Source: Candidatus Gilichinskyi gelida
GTDB lineage: Bacteria; Acidobacteriota; Thermoanaerobaculia; Gp7-AA8
DNA length: 64,000 nt
Reading direction: 5' to 3'
Assembly (NCBI GenBank): GCA_038040385.1
Contig: JBBPII010000005.1
Span: 288,858-352,857, forward strand
Shown here piece after piece: positions 17,315 through 27,152 of this stretch. Within the stretch, counting starts at the first letter, position 1, and the number at the start of each line of letters is the position of its first letter. The translations under genes were made by a program, and so were the position numbers. Under the pieces are notes generated by a model. The model was not told where the DNA came from. It worked only from the letters and a program-made list of their open reading frames with translations, and did not search any database.

Positions 17315-19886
17315 TGAACACACTCAGCGCGAGTGCGGACCATATCCAAAGACCGCGACCGATGCGCCGAGAAAACACCACGCGATGATTCCCCGCCGGC
17401 ACCGCGACGCCGGCGAAGAGCGCGTTGATCTCCACCGGAGCGACCTCGCGGCCGTCGATGGTGACGCGCAGCTCGGGCGTGAGCTTCTCGGATGACGCGA
17501 GGAAGGCGTTGCCGGCGGCGCTGACGTCGATGACCTGCTCGTCCTCGGCGTAGCTGCGCAGCACGACGGTGGCGGGATGGAGCGCCGGCGTCCCCGCCGG
17601 CTGGCCTGGCGGCGTCCCGCCGCCAGCAGGCGAGACGCCTGCGGGCCAGCCGCCGGGACGGCGGCGCTCCGTCAAGACCGCCTCGGTCGCGAAATCGACG
17701 TTCTCCAGCCCGCCCGCGCGCAGCCGCGTCACCGCATGGAAGCGCGGGAGCTCGGCGAGATTGCGGAACAGCCGTCCGTCGGGCAGCTCACGCTCGAAGA
17801 TCACCGGCGTCATCACCCGCCCGTAGAAGATCGGCGCATCGCCGGCGACGTCGGTGGCACCGGTCAGCAGGCGCACCCGAAGGCCGGCCGCCTGCACGCG
17901 CAGGATGACCGACTCGCCGAGCCGCGCGTACGGCCGCAGCGGCACGTATATCCTCCCCATCACCTCGGTCTCCGCCGGCGTGAAGGCACGCGCATACACC
18001 ACGCGCGAGTCCCTGATGATGGAGACGATGACCTTCGCGCCGCTGCCGGCCACGCGGTCCACGCCGACCCCCAGCTCGATGGCGTAGAACGGCTCGGCGT
18101 CGACGCGCACGTGGCGCTGCGCCACCCCGCCCGGCGGCACGTACATCGCGGCGATCTCCTTCACCGCCGGCACCGTGGCCTTCAACGTCGTCCACTTGAT
18201 GATGTCGATGCCGCGATGCTCGATGTAGTAGCGGACGCCGAGCATGCCCACCAGCGGATCGTCGAAGTTGAACCGCAAGCTGTTGAGCAGCAACACGGTC
18301 GACTTCGTTTCCGTCGACGTCGGATCGATCCGCTGTAGTAATGAACGGTATAGTGCCTCGGACGAGAAATGGCTGCGGATGTCCTCCACCCGCGCGTACT
18401 CCGCGGTGTTCGGCCAGAGGTAGTCGAAGAACGGCGCAACGCGGAACGGCTTGGGCTGCGCTTGGAGGAATGAGACCATCGGCGTCGGCGGCGGCACCGC
18501 CACGCCCGGCTCGAGGAATGGGTAGAAGCGGCCGGCGAAGACGGCGAGATCTGCCGCCGCGAGGATGGCGAGCGTGATCGCGATGAAGTGCCGCCGTGCA
18601 ACGAAGGCCGCGCCCGCCGCGGCGAGGTACGCGACCGCGACCGGCAGCAAGAGCTGCAGGCGCGTCAGCGCCGAGTACTTGAAGCCCGGAAGCGCGGCGA
18701 CGACGCGCGCGACCGGCGTGAAGCCGAACATGCACGCCAGCATCAACGCCAGCGCCGCGAGCCAGAACCAACGCGCGCGCGCGCGGCGATTGGCGATGGC
18801 CATGAGCACCAGCGGGATCGCCAGCAGGCCGGCGTACACCGTCGCCTCGACGTAGTTGTTGAGGATCCCGAGGGCCCGGTCGCCGATCCAGTTGACGCGG
18901 TAGCCGTTGTTGCCGAGGCGGTCGGCTTTCATGAACAGCAGGAAGTGCCGCAGCGGGAAAAAGTGCTCCATCGCCGCCGCGGTGCGCGTGCCAAGGTAGC
19001 CGGTGCTGCGGACGAGGCGAACGAAGGGGACCAGGGAGGGGAGCGCCATGATCAAGGCGAGTGCGACTCCGGTTGCGGCCGTCGCGACGGCCCTCATCCG
19101 CCGCTTCGCGGCACCTTCTCCCGCACGCGGGAGAAGGACAACCTGGCCCCTCTCCCGCTTGCGGGAGAGGGTGGCCCGAAGGGCCGGGTGAGGGACCACG
19201 CGGAACAGAAAATACGCCGCCGCGAGGTACGCGCCGTACGCCATCGTCGCCGGGAATCCGGCGAGCGCGTACGCCAGCGCGATCAGGCCGATGGCCCAGA
19301 GCGGCGTCCGTTTCCCGCGCGCGGTGCGCAGGGCGATCCACAGCAGCGCCGGATAGAGCGTCGTCGCGTTCGTCGCCTGCCAGAACCACCGCACGGCGAG
19401 CGCCCCCGAGGCGGCGAAGAGGATCGCGCCGATCGCCGCGCCGCGCTTGCCGAGGCGCTCCTCGCGAAGCCAGAGGTAGGCGAAGAAGAACGCCGCGTTG
19501 AGCTTCAGGAAGATGATGCCGGTCCACACCCACGCCAGCGGAAGGGCCAGCGTCGGAAGGAGGATGAACGGCGACAGGATGGCGGCCGCGGACGACCCGA
19601 AGCCGGGGATGCCGGAGGCGACGTACGGATTCCAGTGGAACGCGCGCCAGTCGTTCTTGGCCAGCGACATCAGCGTGAAGTACGCCGTCGGCGGGTCGTT
19701 CAGCAGCGAGTTCTGCACCTCGGCCGGCCGCGCGCTGGCCCACGGCTCGAAGTTGGAGAAGACGTCGTTCGGCGACGGCACCCGGTGCATGAACAGCGTC
19801 GGGAAGAAGAAGACGAAGTGATAAACGGCCAGCGCGATCAGCGCGGTGCGGTGTTTGCGGATCCGACGACGCAAGGCGGATGACAC
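17280..19886 (-). CDS. large polytopic membrane protein, YfhO-like
   Basis: 868 aa; more than 10 TM helices N-terminally; large C-terminal extracytoplasmic domain; carries in-frame copies of repeat families B and C. Confidence 0.5.
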   Translation of the reverse strand: MSSALRRRIRKHRTALIALAVYHFVFFFPTLFMHRVPSPNDVFSNFEPWASARPAEVQNSLLNDPPTAYFTLMSLAKNDWRAFHWNPYVASGIPGFGSSAAAILSPFILLPTLALPLAWVWTGIIFLKLNAAFFFAYLWLREERLGKRGAAIGAILFAASGALAVRWFWQATNATTLYPALLWIALRTARGKRTPLWAIGLIALAYALAGFPATMAYGAYLAAAYFLFRVVPHPALRATLSRKRERGQVVLLPRAGEGAAKRRMRAVATAATGVALALIMALPSLVPFVRLVRSTGYLGTRTAAAMEHFFPLRHFLLFMKADRLGNNGYRVNWIGDRALGILNNYVEATVYAGLLAIPLVLMAIANRRARARWFWLAALALMLACMFGFTPVARVVAALPGFKYSALTRLQLLLPVAVAYLAAAGAAFVARRHFIAITLAILAAADLAVFAGRFYPFLEPGVAVPPPTPMVSFLQAQPKPFRVAPFFDYLWPNTAEYARVEDIRSHFSSEALYRSLLQRIDPTSTETKSTVLLLNSLRFNFDDPLVGMLGVRYYIEHRGIDIIKWTTLKATVPAVKEIAAMYVPPGGVAQRHVRVDAEPFYAIELGVGVDRVAGSGAKVIVSIIRDSRVVYARAFTPAETEVMGRIYVPLRPYARLGESVILRVQAAGLRVRLLTGATDVAGDAPIFYGRVMTPVIFERELPDGRLFRNLAELPRFHAVTRLRAGGLENVDFATEAVLTERRRPGGWPAGVSPAGGGTPPGQPAGTPALHPATVVLRSYAEDEQVIDVSAAGNAFLASSEKLTPELRVTIDGREVAPVEINALFAGVAVPAGNHRVVFSRRIGRGLWIWSALALSVFIIASILEAKRR
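17581..17675. repeat. repeat family B, copy B2 (inside a CDS)
   Basis: GGAGCGCCGGCGTCCCCGCCGGCTGG...GCCAGCCGCCGGGACGGCGGCGCTCC; translated in frame as ...GGWPAGVSPAGGGTPPGQPAGTP... Confidence 0.6.
19091..19195. repeat. repeat family C, copy C1 (inside a CDS)
   Basis: CCCTCATCCGCCGCTTCGCGGCACCTTCTCCCGCACGCGGGAGAAGG...CCCTCTCCCGCTTGCGGGAGAGGGTGGCCCGAAGGGCCGGGTGAGGG; encodes ...SRKRERGQVVLLPRAGEGAAKRR... in a loop. Confidence 0.65.
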
Positions 19887-20821
19887 AATACCGCATGCCC
19901 AAACGCCTCCTGATCGCGGCCGACGTCGATCGCGCGCTGGTCGCCCGCGCCGCCGCCGACGAGCGCTTCGAGATCGTCGATCACCCGGTGCGCACCGAGG
20001 AGGAGTTGGCGGCGATCGTCGGCGACTGCCAGGTCCTGGTCACCCGCTCGTACAACCGCGTGACCCGGCGCGTCATCGACGCCGCCCCGCGGCTGCAGCT
20101 GATCGCGCAGGGCACCAGCGGCACCGACAACATCGATGCGGACGCCGCCGCGGCGCGCGGCATCGCCGTCCTCAACCTCCCCGGCGCGAACGCGAACGCC
20201 GTCGCCGAGATGGTGATCGGTCACATCATCGCCCTCACCCGCACCGTGCCGGCGTACACCGCGGAGATGCGGCGCGGCGTCTGGAAGCGCGACGACTCCG
20301 CCACGCGCCACGAGCTGCGCCACTACCGCCTCGGCATCGTCGGGCTAGGCGAAGTCGGCCGCCGCGTGGCGCGCCTCGCCGCCGCGTTCGGGATGCACGT
20401 CGCCGCGTTCGACCCATATATCGGCGAGGCCGACTTCGACGAGCGCGGCGCGGTGCGCATCCGCCTCCTCGACGAGCTCCTCCGCGCCAGCGACGTCGTC
20501 ACCCTGCACGTCCCGCTCAGCGGCGAGACGCGCGGCATGATCGCCGCGGTGGAGATCGCCGTGATGCCGCGCGGCGCGATCCTCATCAACGCCGCGCGCG
20601 GCGAAGTCCTCGACACCGACGCCGCCCTCGGCGCGCTGGCGGGCAATCAGCTTGGCGGCCTGGCGCTCGACGTCTTCGATCCCGAGCCGCCGCAGCGCGC
20701 GTGGCCGGTCGACCCCCGCCTCATCCTCACCCCGCATGTCGCCGGCGGCACGCACGAGGCGCGGGCGAGCATCGGGGAGATGCTGTGGGAAAAGATCGTG
20801 GCCCACGTGTCATCGGGATGA
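19880..20821 (+). CDS. D-isomer-specific 2-hydroxyacid dehydrogenase
   Basis: NAD-binding GLGEVGRRVARLAAAFGMHV and the catalytic R/E/H arrangement. Confidence 0.85.
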   Translation: MTQYRMPKRLLIAADVDRALVARAAADERFEIVDHPVRTEEELAAIVGDCQVLVTRSYNRVTRRVIDAAPRLQLIAQGTSGTDNIDADAAAARGIAVLNLPGANANAVAEMVIGHIIALTRTVPAYTAEMRRGVWKRDDSATRHELRHYRLGIVGLGEVGRRVARLAAAFGMHVAAFDPYIGEADFDERGAVRIRLLDELLRASDVVTLHVPLSGETRGMIAAVEIAVMPRGAILINAARGEVLDTDAALGALAGNQLGGLALDVFDPEPPQRAWPVDPRLILTPHVAGGTHEARASIGEMLWEKIVAHVSSG

Positions 20822-22042
20822 CACCAGGCAGCCGTCGCGAAAAACCTCCCGCACCAGATTCACCCCAAAGTGATACACGAGGTGCAGGTAATTCGGCGCG
20901 TCGAGCAGCACCAGATCGGCGCGCTTGCCCACTTCGATCGAGCCGATCTCCTGGGCCAGCCGAACAGAAAAAGCGCCGTTGAGGGTGGCGGCGGTGAGTG
21001 ACTCCTCGACGGTCATCTTCATCTGCAGCGTGGCGAGCTGGATGGCCATCGGCATCGACTCCGTCATCGACGACCCGGGGTTGCAATCGGTCGATAGCGA
21101 GACGATCGCGCCGGCGTCGATCAGCTTGCGCGCGGGGGCGTAGCGGTCGGACATCAGGAAGAAGCTCGTTCCCGGCAGGAGATTGGCGACCGTGTCCGAG
21201 GCGGCGAGGGCCGCGATGCCGCGGTCGGAGATGTACATCAGATGATCGGCGGACGCGGCGCCCAGCGACGCGGCGAGTGCGGCGCCGTCGGTGTCGGAGA
21301 ACTCGTCGGCGTGGAGGCGCGGCACGAGGCCGAGCGCGGCGCCGGCGCGGAGGACACGCTCCCCCTGCTCGCGCGTGAGGGCGCCCCGCTCCACGAAGGC
21401 GTCGCAGAACACCGCCAGCTTCGCCTCGGCGACGGCGGGGAGGATGCGCTCGATGATCTCCTCGACGTACGTCGCATCGCCGCGCCGCTCCGGCGGGAAG
21501 TCGTGCGCGGCGAGGCATGTCGGAACAAGACGCACCGGCGAATCAGCGGAGCGAATCGCGCGGAGCTGCTTCAACTCGTCGTCGAGATTGAGGCCGTAGC
21601 CGCTCTTCGCCTCCGCGGTGGTCGTGCCATAGCCCGCCATCGTGCGCGCGCGCGCCTCCACGTTCGCCGTCAGCTCCGCCTCGCTCGCTCGCCGGGTGGC
21701 GTGGACGGTGGATGCGATGCCGCCGCCCGACGCGGCGACCTGCTCGTACGACTCGCCGCGCAGGCGGCGGTTGAACTCCGACTCGCGGAAGCCGGCGAAG
21801 GGGAGGTGCGTGTGCGTGTCGACAAAGCCGGGGATGGCCGTCGCGCCGCGGGCGTCGAAGTCGTCGTCGATGAGGATCTCCGCCGGCTTGTCACGCTCGG
21901 GGCCGACGTAGACGAACCGCCCGCCGTCGACGACGATCACCGCGTCGTGATGCACGCTCAGCTCGCGCATGGCCGCCCCACGCACCGGACCGCGGCCGCT
22001 TGGCGTCGCGATCTGGGAGAGATTGCGGATGAGGAGAGGCAC
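20810..22042 (-). CDS. hutI: imidazolonepropionase-like amidohydrolase
   Basis: 410 aa metal-dependent amidohydrolase with HutI-like motifs (DTHTH, HADE); no other hut genes are adjacent. Confidence 0.7.
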   Translation of the reverse strand: MPLLIRNLSQIATPSGRGPVRGAAMRELSVHHDAVIVVDGGRFVYVGPERDKPAEILIDDDFDARGATAIPGFVDTHTHLPFAGFRESEFNRRLRGESYEQVAASGGGIASTVHATRRASEAELTANVEARARTMAGYGTTTAEAKSGYGLNLDDELKQLRAIRSADSPVRLVPTCLAAHDFPPERRGDATYVEEIIERILPAVAEAKLAVFCDAFVERGALTREQGERVLRAGAALGLVPRLHADEFSDTDGAALAASLGAASADHLMYISDRGIAALAASDTVANLLPGTSFFLMSDRYAPARKLIDAGAIVSLSTDCNPGSSMTESMPMAIQLATLQMKMTVEESLTAATLNGAFSVRLAQEIGSIEVGKRADLVLLDAPNYLHLVYHFGVNLVREVFRDGCLVSSR

Positions 22043-22542
22043 TACTCGTTGCGCGCCCGGAACATCGACGTGATCGGCATCTCGTTGGCCTCCTGCTCGA
22101 CGTCGAGCATGAGGAGTTGCTGGATGGTGTCGATGGTGGTCTGCAGCTTGTTGCGCGCCATCTTCCGCTCCATCTTCAGGTCCTGGATGGTGCGCTCCAG
22201 GTCCGCCAGGCGCGACATGGCCTGCGCGGTGAGGCGCTCGGAGAGAAGCTCGGCGTCCTTGACGATCAGTTCCCCTTCCTTCTGCGCGTTGGCCTTCACG
22301 TCCTCGGAGACCTTCTGCGCGGAGAGCAGCGTGTCCTTCAGGATCCGCTCCCGCGCGTTGTGCTCCTGGAGCTCGTCGCGCAGCATGGCGTTCTCGCGCG
22401 AGGCGCGATCGAGGTCCCTGACCAGGCGCTCGATCTCCTCGGCCATGAGCTGCAGGTAGGCGCGGACTTCCTCGGTGTTGTATCCCTTGAGCGCCCGCGA
22501 AAAGGACTGCTTCTGAATGTCGAGTGGGGTGAGGTTGTGCAT
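22042..22542 (-). CDS. divIVA: DivIVA domain cell-division protein
   Basis: N-terminal LTPLDIQKQSFSRALKGYNTEEVRAYL and coiled-coil. Confidence 0.8.
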   Translation of the reverse strand: MHNLTPLDIQKQSFSRALKGYNTEEVRAYLQLMAEEIERLVRDLDRASRENAMLRDELQEHNARERILKDTLLSAQKVSEDVKANAQKEGELIVKDAELLSERLTAQAMSRLADLERTIQDLKMERKMARNKLQTTIDTIQQLLMLDVEQEANEMPITSMFRARNE

Positions 22543-22569
22543 CGGTTCCCTCCCGTCACGCCTCCGTAA

Positions 22570-22905
22570 CTACATGAGTATACGGGCGAACAGGACGCCG
22601 AGCATTTGCCGCACGAAGAAGATGATCACCAGCAGGACCAGCGGCGACCAGTCGATGCCCGCCGTGTTGAAGCGCCGCAGCAAGCGCCGGATCGGCCGGA
22701 GGAACGGCAGCGCCATGCGCCCGAAGATGTCGTTGAGCGTCTCCAGGAAGCGGTAGCCGCCGGGATGGCGCCGGCGGAACGAGGTGTGCGACGCGGCGAA
22801 GAGGATCCAGGAGAGCACCACCCAGACGATCACCGTCCACTCGATGATGGTGAGGATGAGCATGATGACGCTGAAGAACGGCGCGAGAAAGGATGCGTTC
22901 CCCAT
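22570..22905 (-). CDS. YggT family membrane protein
   Basis: 111-aa 2-TM protein in the conserved position between yggS and divIVA. Confidence 0.7.
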   Translation of the reverse strand: MGNASFLAPFFSVIMLILTIIEWTVIVWVVLSWILFAASHTSFRRRHPGGYRFLETLNDIFGRMALPFLRPIRRLLRRFNTAGIDWSPLVLLVIIFFVRQMLGVLFARILM

Positions 22906-22908
22906 GCG

Positions 22909-23568
22909 TCAGCCTCGCTCCCCGAAGATGGCGCGGCCGACGCGGACGATCGTCGCCCCCTCCTCGATCGCCACCTCGAAATCGTCGGTCATGCCCATGG
23001 ACAGCTCCGCGAGCCCCAGCGTATCGCGCATCGCGCGCAGCTCGCGAAACCATCGGCGCGTCTCCTCGGGCTGGCCGGCGGGCGGGATGGCCATCAGACC
23101 GCGGAGGCGCAGCGCGTCGAGCGCGGCCACGCCTTTCGCCAGGGCGGCGACGTCCGCGGGGATCGCGCCGCTCTTCTGCGGCTCGTTGCCGATGTTCACC
23201 TCGAGCAGGACGTCCTGCACCTTTCCGGCCGAGGAGGCAGCGCGGGCGATTTTGTCGGCGAGCGAGACGCTGTCGACGGTCTGGATCACGTCGAAGAGCC
23301 GCACTGCGTCCTTCGCCTTGTTTGTTTGGAGATGTCCGATGAGGTGCCACCGCGCGCTCCCGCCTATCAGCGGCTGCTTGTCGCGCGCTTCTTGCACCCG
23401 GTTCTCGCCTACGTCGGTCACGCCGGCGGCAACGGCTTCGCCGATCATCTCCGCCGGCTTTGTCTTCGACACGGCGACGAGCGTAACTTCTTCCCGCTTC
23501 CGGCCGGCGCGAACACAGGCGCCGATGATGCGCCGCTCAACGGCGACGAGGTTGTCACGAATCGACAC
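22909..23568 (-). CDS. yggS: YggS family PLP homeostasis protein
   Basis: Alanine-racemase N-terminal-fold PLP-binding protein (AVSKTKP lysine motif). Confidence 0.85.
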   Translation of the reverse strand: MSIRDNLVAVERRIIGACVRAGRKREEVTLVAVSKTKPAEMIGEAVAAGVTDVGENRVQEARDKQPLIGGSARWHLIGHLQTNKAKDAVRLFDVIQTVDSVSLADKIARAASSAGKVQDVLLEVNIGNEPQKSGAIPADVAALAKGVAALDALRLRGLMAIPPAGQPEETRRWFRELRAMRDTLGLAELSMGMTDDFEVAIEEGATIVRVGRAIFGERG

Positions 23569-23986
23569 GGCGTCTCTCGACCAGCCGGCCGTCCGCGCGA
23601 TCGACCGCGAGGTTCGCCAGACGGTCGGCCTCCTTGTTCCCCGCGCGAAGCGTATGGCGGATCGAGAAGCGGCGGAATTTGCGCGCCATCTGCACCGCCC
23701 TGGTGTGCAGAGGGAGAAGGTTCGGATGCTTGACGCGGTACTTGCCGAGCATCTGCTGGACCAGAAGAAGCGAGTCGGATATCACTTCCAGCTCCGTCGC
23801 TCCCTCGGTGGCCGCCACCGCGAGGGCCTCGAGGAGACCGGCGTACTCGGCGACGTTGTTGGTGGTCGTGCCGAGGTAACCGCAGATCTCGATGATCTCG
23901 CCGTCGTCTCGTGTCATGAAGACGCCGAAGCCGGCGGGGCCTGGGTTGCCGCGGGAAGCGCCGTCGACGAAGGCGGTGATTTTCAT
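23555..23986 (-). CDS. rnhA: ribonuclease HI
   Basis: MKITAFVDGASRGNPGPAGFGV..., canonical RNase H DEDD residues. Confidence 0.85.
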   Translation of the reverse strand: MKITAFVDGASRGNPGPAGFGVFMTRDDGEIIEICGYLGTTTNNVAEYAGLLEALAVAATEGATELEVISDSLLLVQQMLGKYRVKHPNLLPLHTRAVQMARKFRRFSIRHTLRAGNKEADRLANLAVDRADGRLVERRRVDS

Positions 23987-23990
23987 GACT

Positions 23991-24060
23991 CTGGAGCGCC
24001 GGCGTCCTCGCCTGCGGCGGCGGGACGCCGCCGAGCCAGCCGCCGGGACGGCGGCGTTCC
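23991..24060. repeat. repeat family B, copy B3
   Basis: GGAGCGCCGGCGTCCTCGCCTGCGGCGGCGGGACGCCGCCGAGCCAGCCGCCGGGACGGCGGCGTTCC between two minus-strand genes. Confidence 0.6.
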
Positions 24061-24062
24061 GG

Positions 24063-24770
24063 TCACTGCGTGGGCTCCAGGTAGAGAATCCGCCCGCATC
24101 CCTCGCAGAACACGAGATCGCCGCGCTTGAGTTGCTGGTAGAGCGCGGGACGGATTCGCGACCGGCACGCGCTGCACGTATCGTTGGTCACCTTCGCCAC
24201 CGCCAGCCCCTGGCGCTGCTTGAAGATGCGCTGGAACTCCCGCCGCAGCCGCTCGGGCAGCGCCGCCTCGATCTTCTTCGCGCGCGTGCCGAGCGTCGCC
24301 ACCTCGGCGCGAAGGTCGCCGAGCGAGTGCTGCCACGTGGCGTGCTCGCTGTCCCACCGCTCCTTGACCGAGGTGGAGCCGGCGCCGCGATCGTCGAGGT
24401 CCTTCTGCAGCGTCTCGATGTCGGTCATCAGCTTCAGCTCGGAGTCTTCCAGCTCCTTGACGTGCTTTCGCGCAGCGTCGATCTCTTTCCACGCGGCGGC
24501 GTACTGCTGCTGGTTCTTCACCTGCATCAGCTGTCCCTGATACTTCTTGAGCAGCTCCTGCTGATCGGTCAGCTCACCGTCGACGCGGCGGCGTTCCTTC
24601 CCCAGCACCTCGATCTGCTGCCGGAGCTTCTCCATCTCCGAGTTGGCGCCCTCCCACTCGCGGTCGACCGCGGCGAAGGACTCCGGCTTGCTGTTCAGTT
24701 GTTTCTCGCGCTCGGCCAGCGCGGACAGGACGCTTTGCAGTTCCCACAGTTTCTCAACGTCCTGATTCAA
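24063..24770 (-). CDS. zinc-ribbon plus coiled-coil protein (COG1579-like)
   Basis: Long coiled-coil with C-terminal CSACRSR...CEGCGRILY zinc ribbon. Confidence 0.7.
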   Translation of the reverse strand: MNQDVEKLWELQSVLSALAEREKQLNSKPESFAAVDREWEGANSEMEKLRQQIEVLGKERRRVDGELTDQQELLKKYQGQLMQVKNQQQYAAAWKEIDAARKHVKELEDSELKLMTDIETLQKDLDDRGAGSTSVKERWDSEHATWQHSLGDLRAEVATLGTRAKKIEAALPERLRREFQRIFKQRQGLAVAKVTNDTCSACRSRIRPALYQQLKRGDLVFCEGCGRILYLEPTQ

Positions 24771-24873
24771 CCGCGCCCTCCAGAGACGGAAAAGGCGTTC
24801 CTGTCGCGGAACGCCTGTGCTGAGCCGGTTTGGGTTTGGTTGGGATCGTGAATCATCTCGCGCATCGCACCTC

Positions 24874-24949
24874 TGGTGGGTCCACCAGGATTCGAACCTG
24901 GGACCTGCCGGTTATGAGCCGGTAGCTCTAACCGCTGAGCTATGGACCC
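24874..24949 (-). tRNA. tRNA-Met (anticodon CAT), elongator type, CCA encoded
   Basis: Minus-strand cloverleaf GGGTCCA-TA-GCTC-AGCGGTTA-GAGC-T-ACCGG-CTCATAA-CCGGC-AGGTC-CCAGG-TTCGAAT-CCTGG-TGGACCC-A-CCA. G1:C72 is paired, so it is not an initiator; tRNA-Ile(lysidine) cannot be excluded. Confidence 0.85.
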
Positions 24950-24964
24950 TGCCGGCGCGCGATT

Positions 24965-26188
24965 CTAGCGTATTTCGACGCGGTCGCCGACGCGCATCGA
25001 ATAGCGCATGGCGACGATCTTCCCCGTGGCCGTCTTCGCCTCGGTGGTCAGGATGCCGATCTCGCCCAGAACCTGACGGTCTTCTCCCGGTTGCGGATTG
25101 TCGCGGTAGACGGTGAGGAAGTCGCCCGGCTGGATGGCGTCCTCGCGCCCGAGGTTGACCTGCACCAGGATTCCCTCGCCGAGCGCGAGCTCCCATCCGC
25201 CCTGCGCGTGCACGATCGTCCCGGCCCGCTTGCCGCTCGACGGATCGCAGAACGCCGGGATGTTGGGGATCTTGGCCAGCGGGATGGGAATCTGCGGAAG
25301 CGGCTTCAGGCGGGCGCCGACTAGGATGTCCATGCACGACTGCGTGACGATTCCGCGTGAGCGGCGCTCGTCGGCACAGAGAATGCGGATCTGGCCGCGG
25401 AACTCGTACGCGCGGCCCACGATTGTCTTATCGGTCGGGTTTCGGACCAGCTCATTCGCCTGAATGACCAGATAGGTCTCGCCGGCGTTAAGACCGGTAG
25501 CCGTGCCGCCGTCGATGAATACCAGATTGCCGGTCGCGCCCCCGAGGTCCTGCATCTGCGCGCCGAATTGGTGGAAGGACTCGTAGTCTTCGTAGGCCAT
25601 GAGGCGGTTCGGCATCGGCTCGTTCGGATCGCCGATGTAGCCATAGCAGTAGATGTCGTTCTCCGTGGCCAGGGCCACCGGCGACGCCGTGCCGCCGAGC
25701 GGATCAGCAGCGTTGGTCATCTCCGTCGCGCCCGTTGCGCCGAGGGTCTCGAAGCCGGTGCGTTCCGATGAAGTGCTTGTGTCGGCAGAGGCAGCGCGCG
25801 ACGCCGTCGTTCCGCCGCTCACCGCCGTCTCGGTTCCGGTTCCCGTCGTCGCCTCGGCCTGCCGCGCCGCCTCGCCCTCGATGAGGAGGACGTCGCCGGG
25901 ATAGATCCAGTGGGCGTCGGTGATCCAGGTGTTCGACTCCCACAACTGCGGCCAGAGGTACGCGTTGCCGAGCTGCTGCTGCGCCAGCGCCCAGAGCGTG
26001 TCGCCGCGTTTGATGGTGTAGGTCTTGGCGCCCGGAGGATAGGACGCCGAGTCGGGGGAGTTGTAGGCCGTCCAGTGATCGCCGACCTGATGGAGATCGC
26101 GCGGCGGACGCGAGGCCTTCTCGGCGCCGACCAGCGGCAGCGCGAGCACTAGCAGGAGAATGGGAGCCACCCTACGCACACTGACCAT
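24965..26188 (-). CDS. LysM domain-containing secreted protein
   Basis: Signal peptide; LysM YTIKRGDTLWALAQQQLGNAYLWPQLWESN; long C-terminal domain of unknown function. Confidence 0.65.
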   Translation of the reverse strand: MVSVRRVAPILLLVLALPLVGAEKASRPPRDLHQVGDHWTAYNSPDSASYPPGAKTYTIKRGDTLWALAQQQLGNAYLWPQLWESNTWITDAHWIYPGDVLLIEGEAARQAEATTGTGTETAVSGGTTASRAASADTSTSSERTGFETLGATGATEMTNAADPLGGTASPVALATENDIYCYGYIGDPNEPMPNRLMAYEDYESFHQFGAQMQDLGGATGNLVFIDGGTATGLNAGETYLVIQANELVRNPTDKTIVGRAYEFRGQIRILCADERRSRGIVTQSCMDILVGARLKPLPQIPIPLAKIPNIPAFCDPSSGKRAGTIVHAQGGWELALGEGILVQVNLGREDAIQPGDFLTVYRDNPQPGEDRQVLGEIGILTTEAKTATGKIVAMRYSMRVGDRVEIR

Positions 26189-26291
26189 CTGTCCCCTCCC
26201 AAGGTTGTCGACAGTTGGCGGAAAGGTTATCGCGAGGGGGGTGTTGGGGTCAAGTTGATGGTGGGCCGGGCTTTAGCCCGGCGGCGTACCA

Positions 26292-27152
26292 TCACCGCAG
26301 CGTGACCTCTTCGCCAGCCGCGCCGGCGTGCTCGTCCTTGTAGTTCTTGAGCTCCTTCTTTCGCTGCTCGTAGCGGCTCATCACCTTCTTCACGTACGAG
26401 CGCGTCTCGCGAAACGGCGGGACGCCCTTGTAGCGGCGGACGTTACCCTCACCGGCGTTGTAGGCGGCCAGGGTCTGCTTCAGGTTGCCGTCGAAGCGCT
26501 GGTTGAGGTAGCTGAGGTATTTCGTTCCCGCCTCGACGTTCTGCTCCGGGTCGTACAGGTTGTCCGCCCCCATCCAGCGGCCGGTGCGCGGCATGAGCTG
26601 CATCAGCCCCTTCGCCCCCACCTGCGACCGCGCGCGGCTCTTGAACCGCGACTCGGTCTCCATCACCGCCGCGACCAGCGCGGGGTCGACGTCGTACTTC
26701 TGCGCCTTCTCGTGAATGAGGTCGCCGAATGGGATGGCGTTGGCGAAGAAGTCGCGGCGGATCGCGCTGTTGATCCGCGACATCTCGTCATGAAACAGGT
26801 TGTGCGTCGTCTGCGGCGCCTCGGGCGACAAGTCGTCGATCGCCGCCGGAAGCCAGGCGCTGTCGAACAGCGCGAGTTTGTGCGAGACGAGTTTGTCGGG
26901 GAGGACTCGCGAGAGCTTGAAGAACGAGTCGGCGGCGAAGCCGTCCTGCATCTTTGCCACGGTCCTGGTTCCCGCGCCGTTCTGCTTGACCACGCGGACG
27001 GCGTCGAGGTCCTTGAGAACCACGAAATGGACGTCCTGCAGCGCGTCGGAGAGACCGCCGATGGAGAGGGTGGCGCCGAGGGCCAGGGTGGCGATGCCAC
27101 GAGGGCCGATCCAGCGGAGTGCGCGGCGGGTCAAGGTGTTCTTCGTTCTCAT
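26292..27152 (-). CDS. lytic transglycosylase (SLT domain)
   Basis: ES...GAKGLMQLMP...AYNAG SLT catalytic motifs; signal peptide. Confidence 0.8.
   Translation of the reverse strand: MRTKNTLTRRALRWIGPRGIATLALGATLSIGGLSDALQDVHFVVLKDLDAVRVVKQNGAGTRTVAKMQDGFAADSFFKLSRVLPDKLVSHKLALFDSAWLPAAIDDLSPEAPQTTHNLFHDEMSRINSAIRRDFFANAIPFGDLIHEKAQKYDVDPALVAAVMETESRFKSRARSQVGAKGLMQLMPRTGRWMGADNLYDPEQNVEAGTKYLSYLNQRFDGNLKQTLAAYNAGEGNVRRYKGVPPFRETRSYVKKVMSRYEQRKKELKNYKDEHAGAAGEEVTLR

Noticed and set aside
17788-19902. 704-aa alternative-frame ORF overlapping the YfhO-like gene (and 18588..19883 on the plus strand)
   Set aside because: The 868-aa frame is strongly hydrophobic and TM-rich as expected of a real membrane protein; the alternative frames are Arg/Gly/Pro-rich
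20810-22042. Treating hutI as evidence of a histidine-utilisation operon
   Set aside because: No hutH, hutU, hutG or hutC in the window; neighbours are unrelated (2-hydroxyacid dehydrogenase, divIVA)
24874-24949. Whether the tRNA-CAT is an initiator tRNA
   Set aside because: Position 1:72 is a normal G:C pair and the anticodon stem lacks the three consecutive G:C pairs of bacterial initiators, so it is elongator Met (or lysidine-modified Ile2)
26225-26290. Hairpin GGGCCGGGC-ttta-GCCCGGC between the lytic transglycosylase and LysM genes as a terminator
   Set aside because: The stem is plausible but there is no U-tract on the relevant (minus) strand and both flanking genes are co-directional; kept only as a low-confidence note
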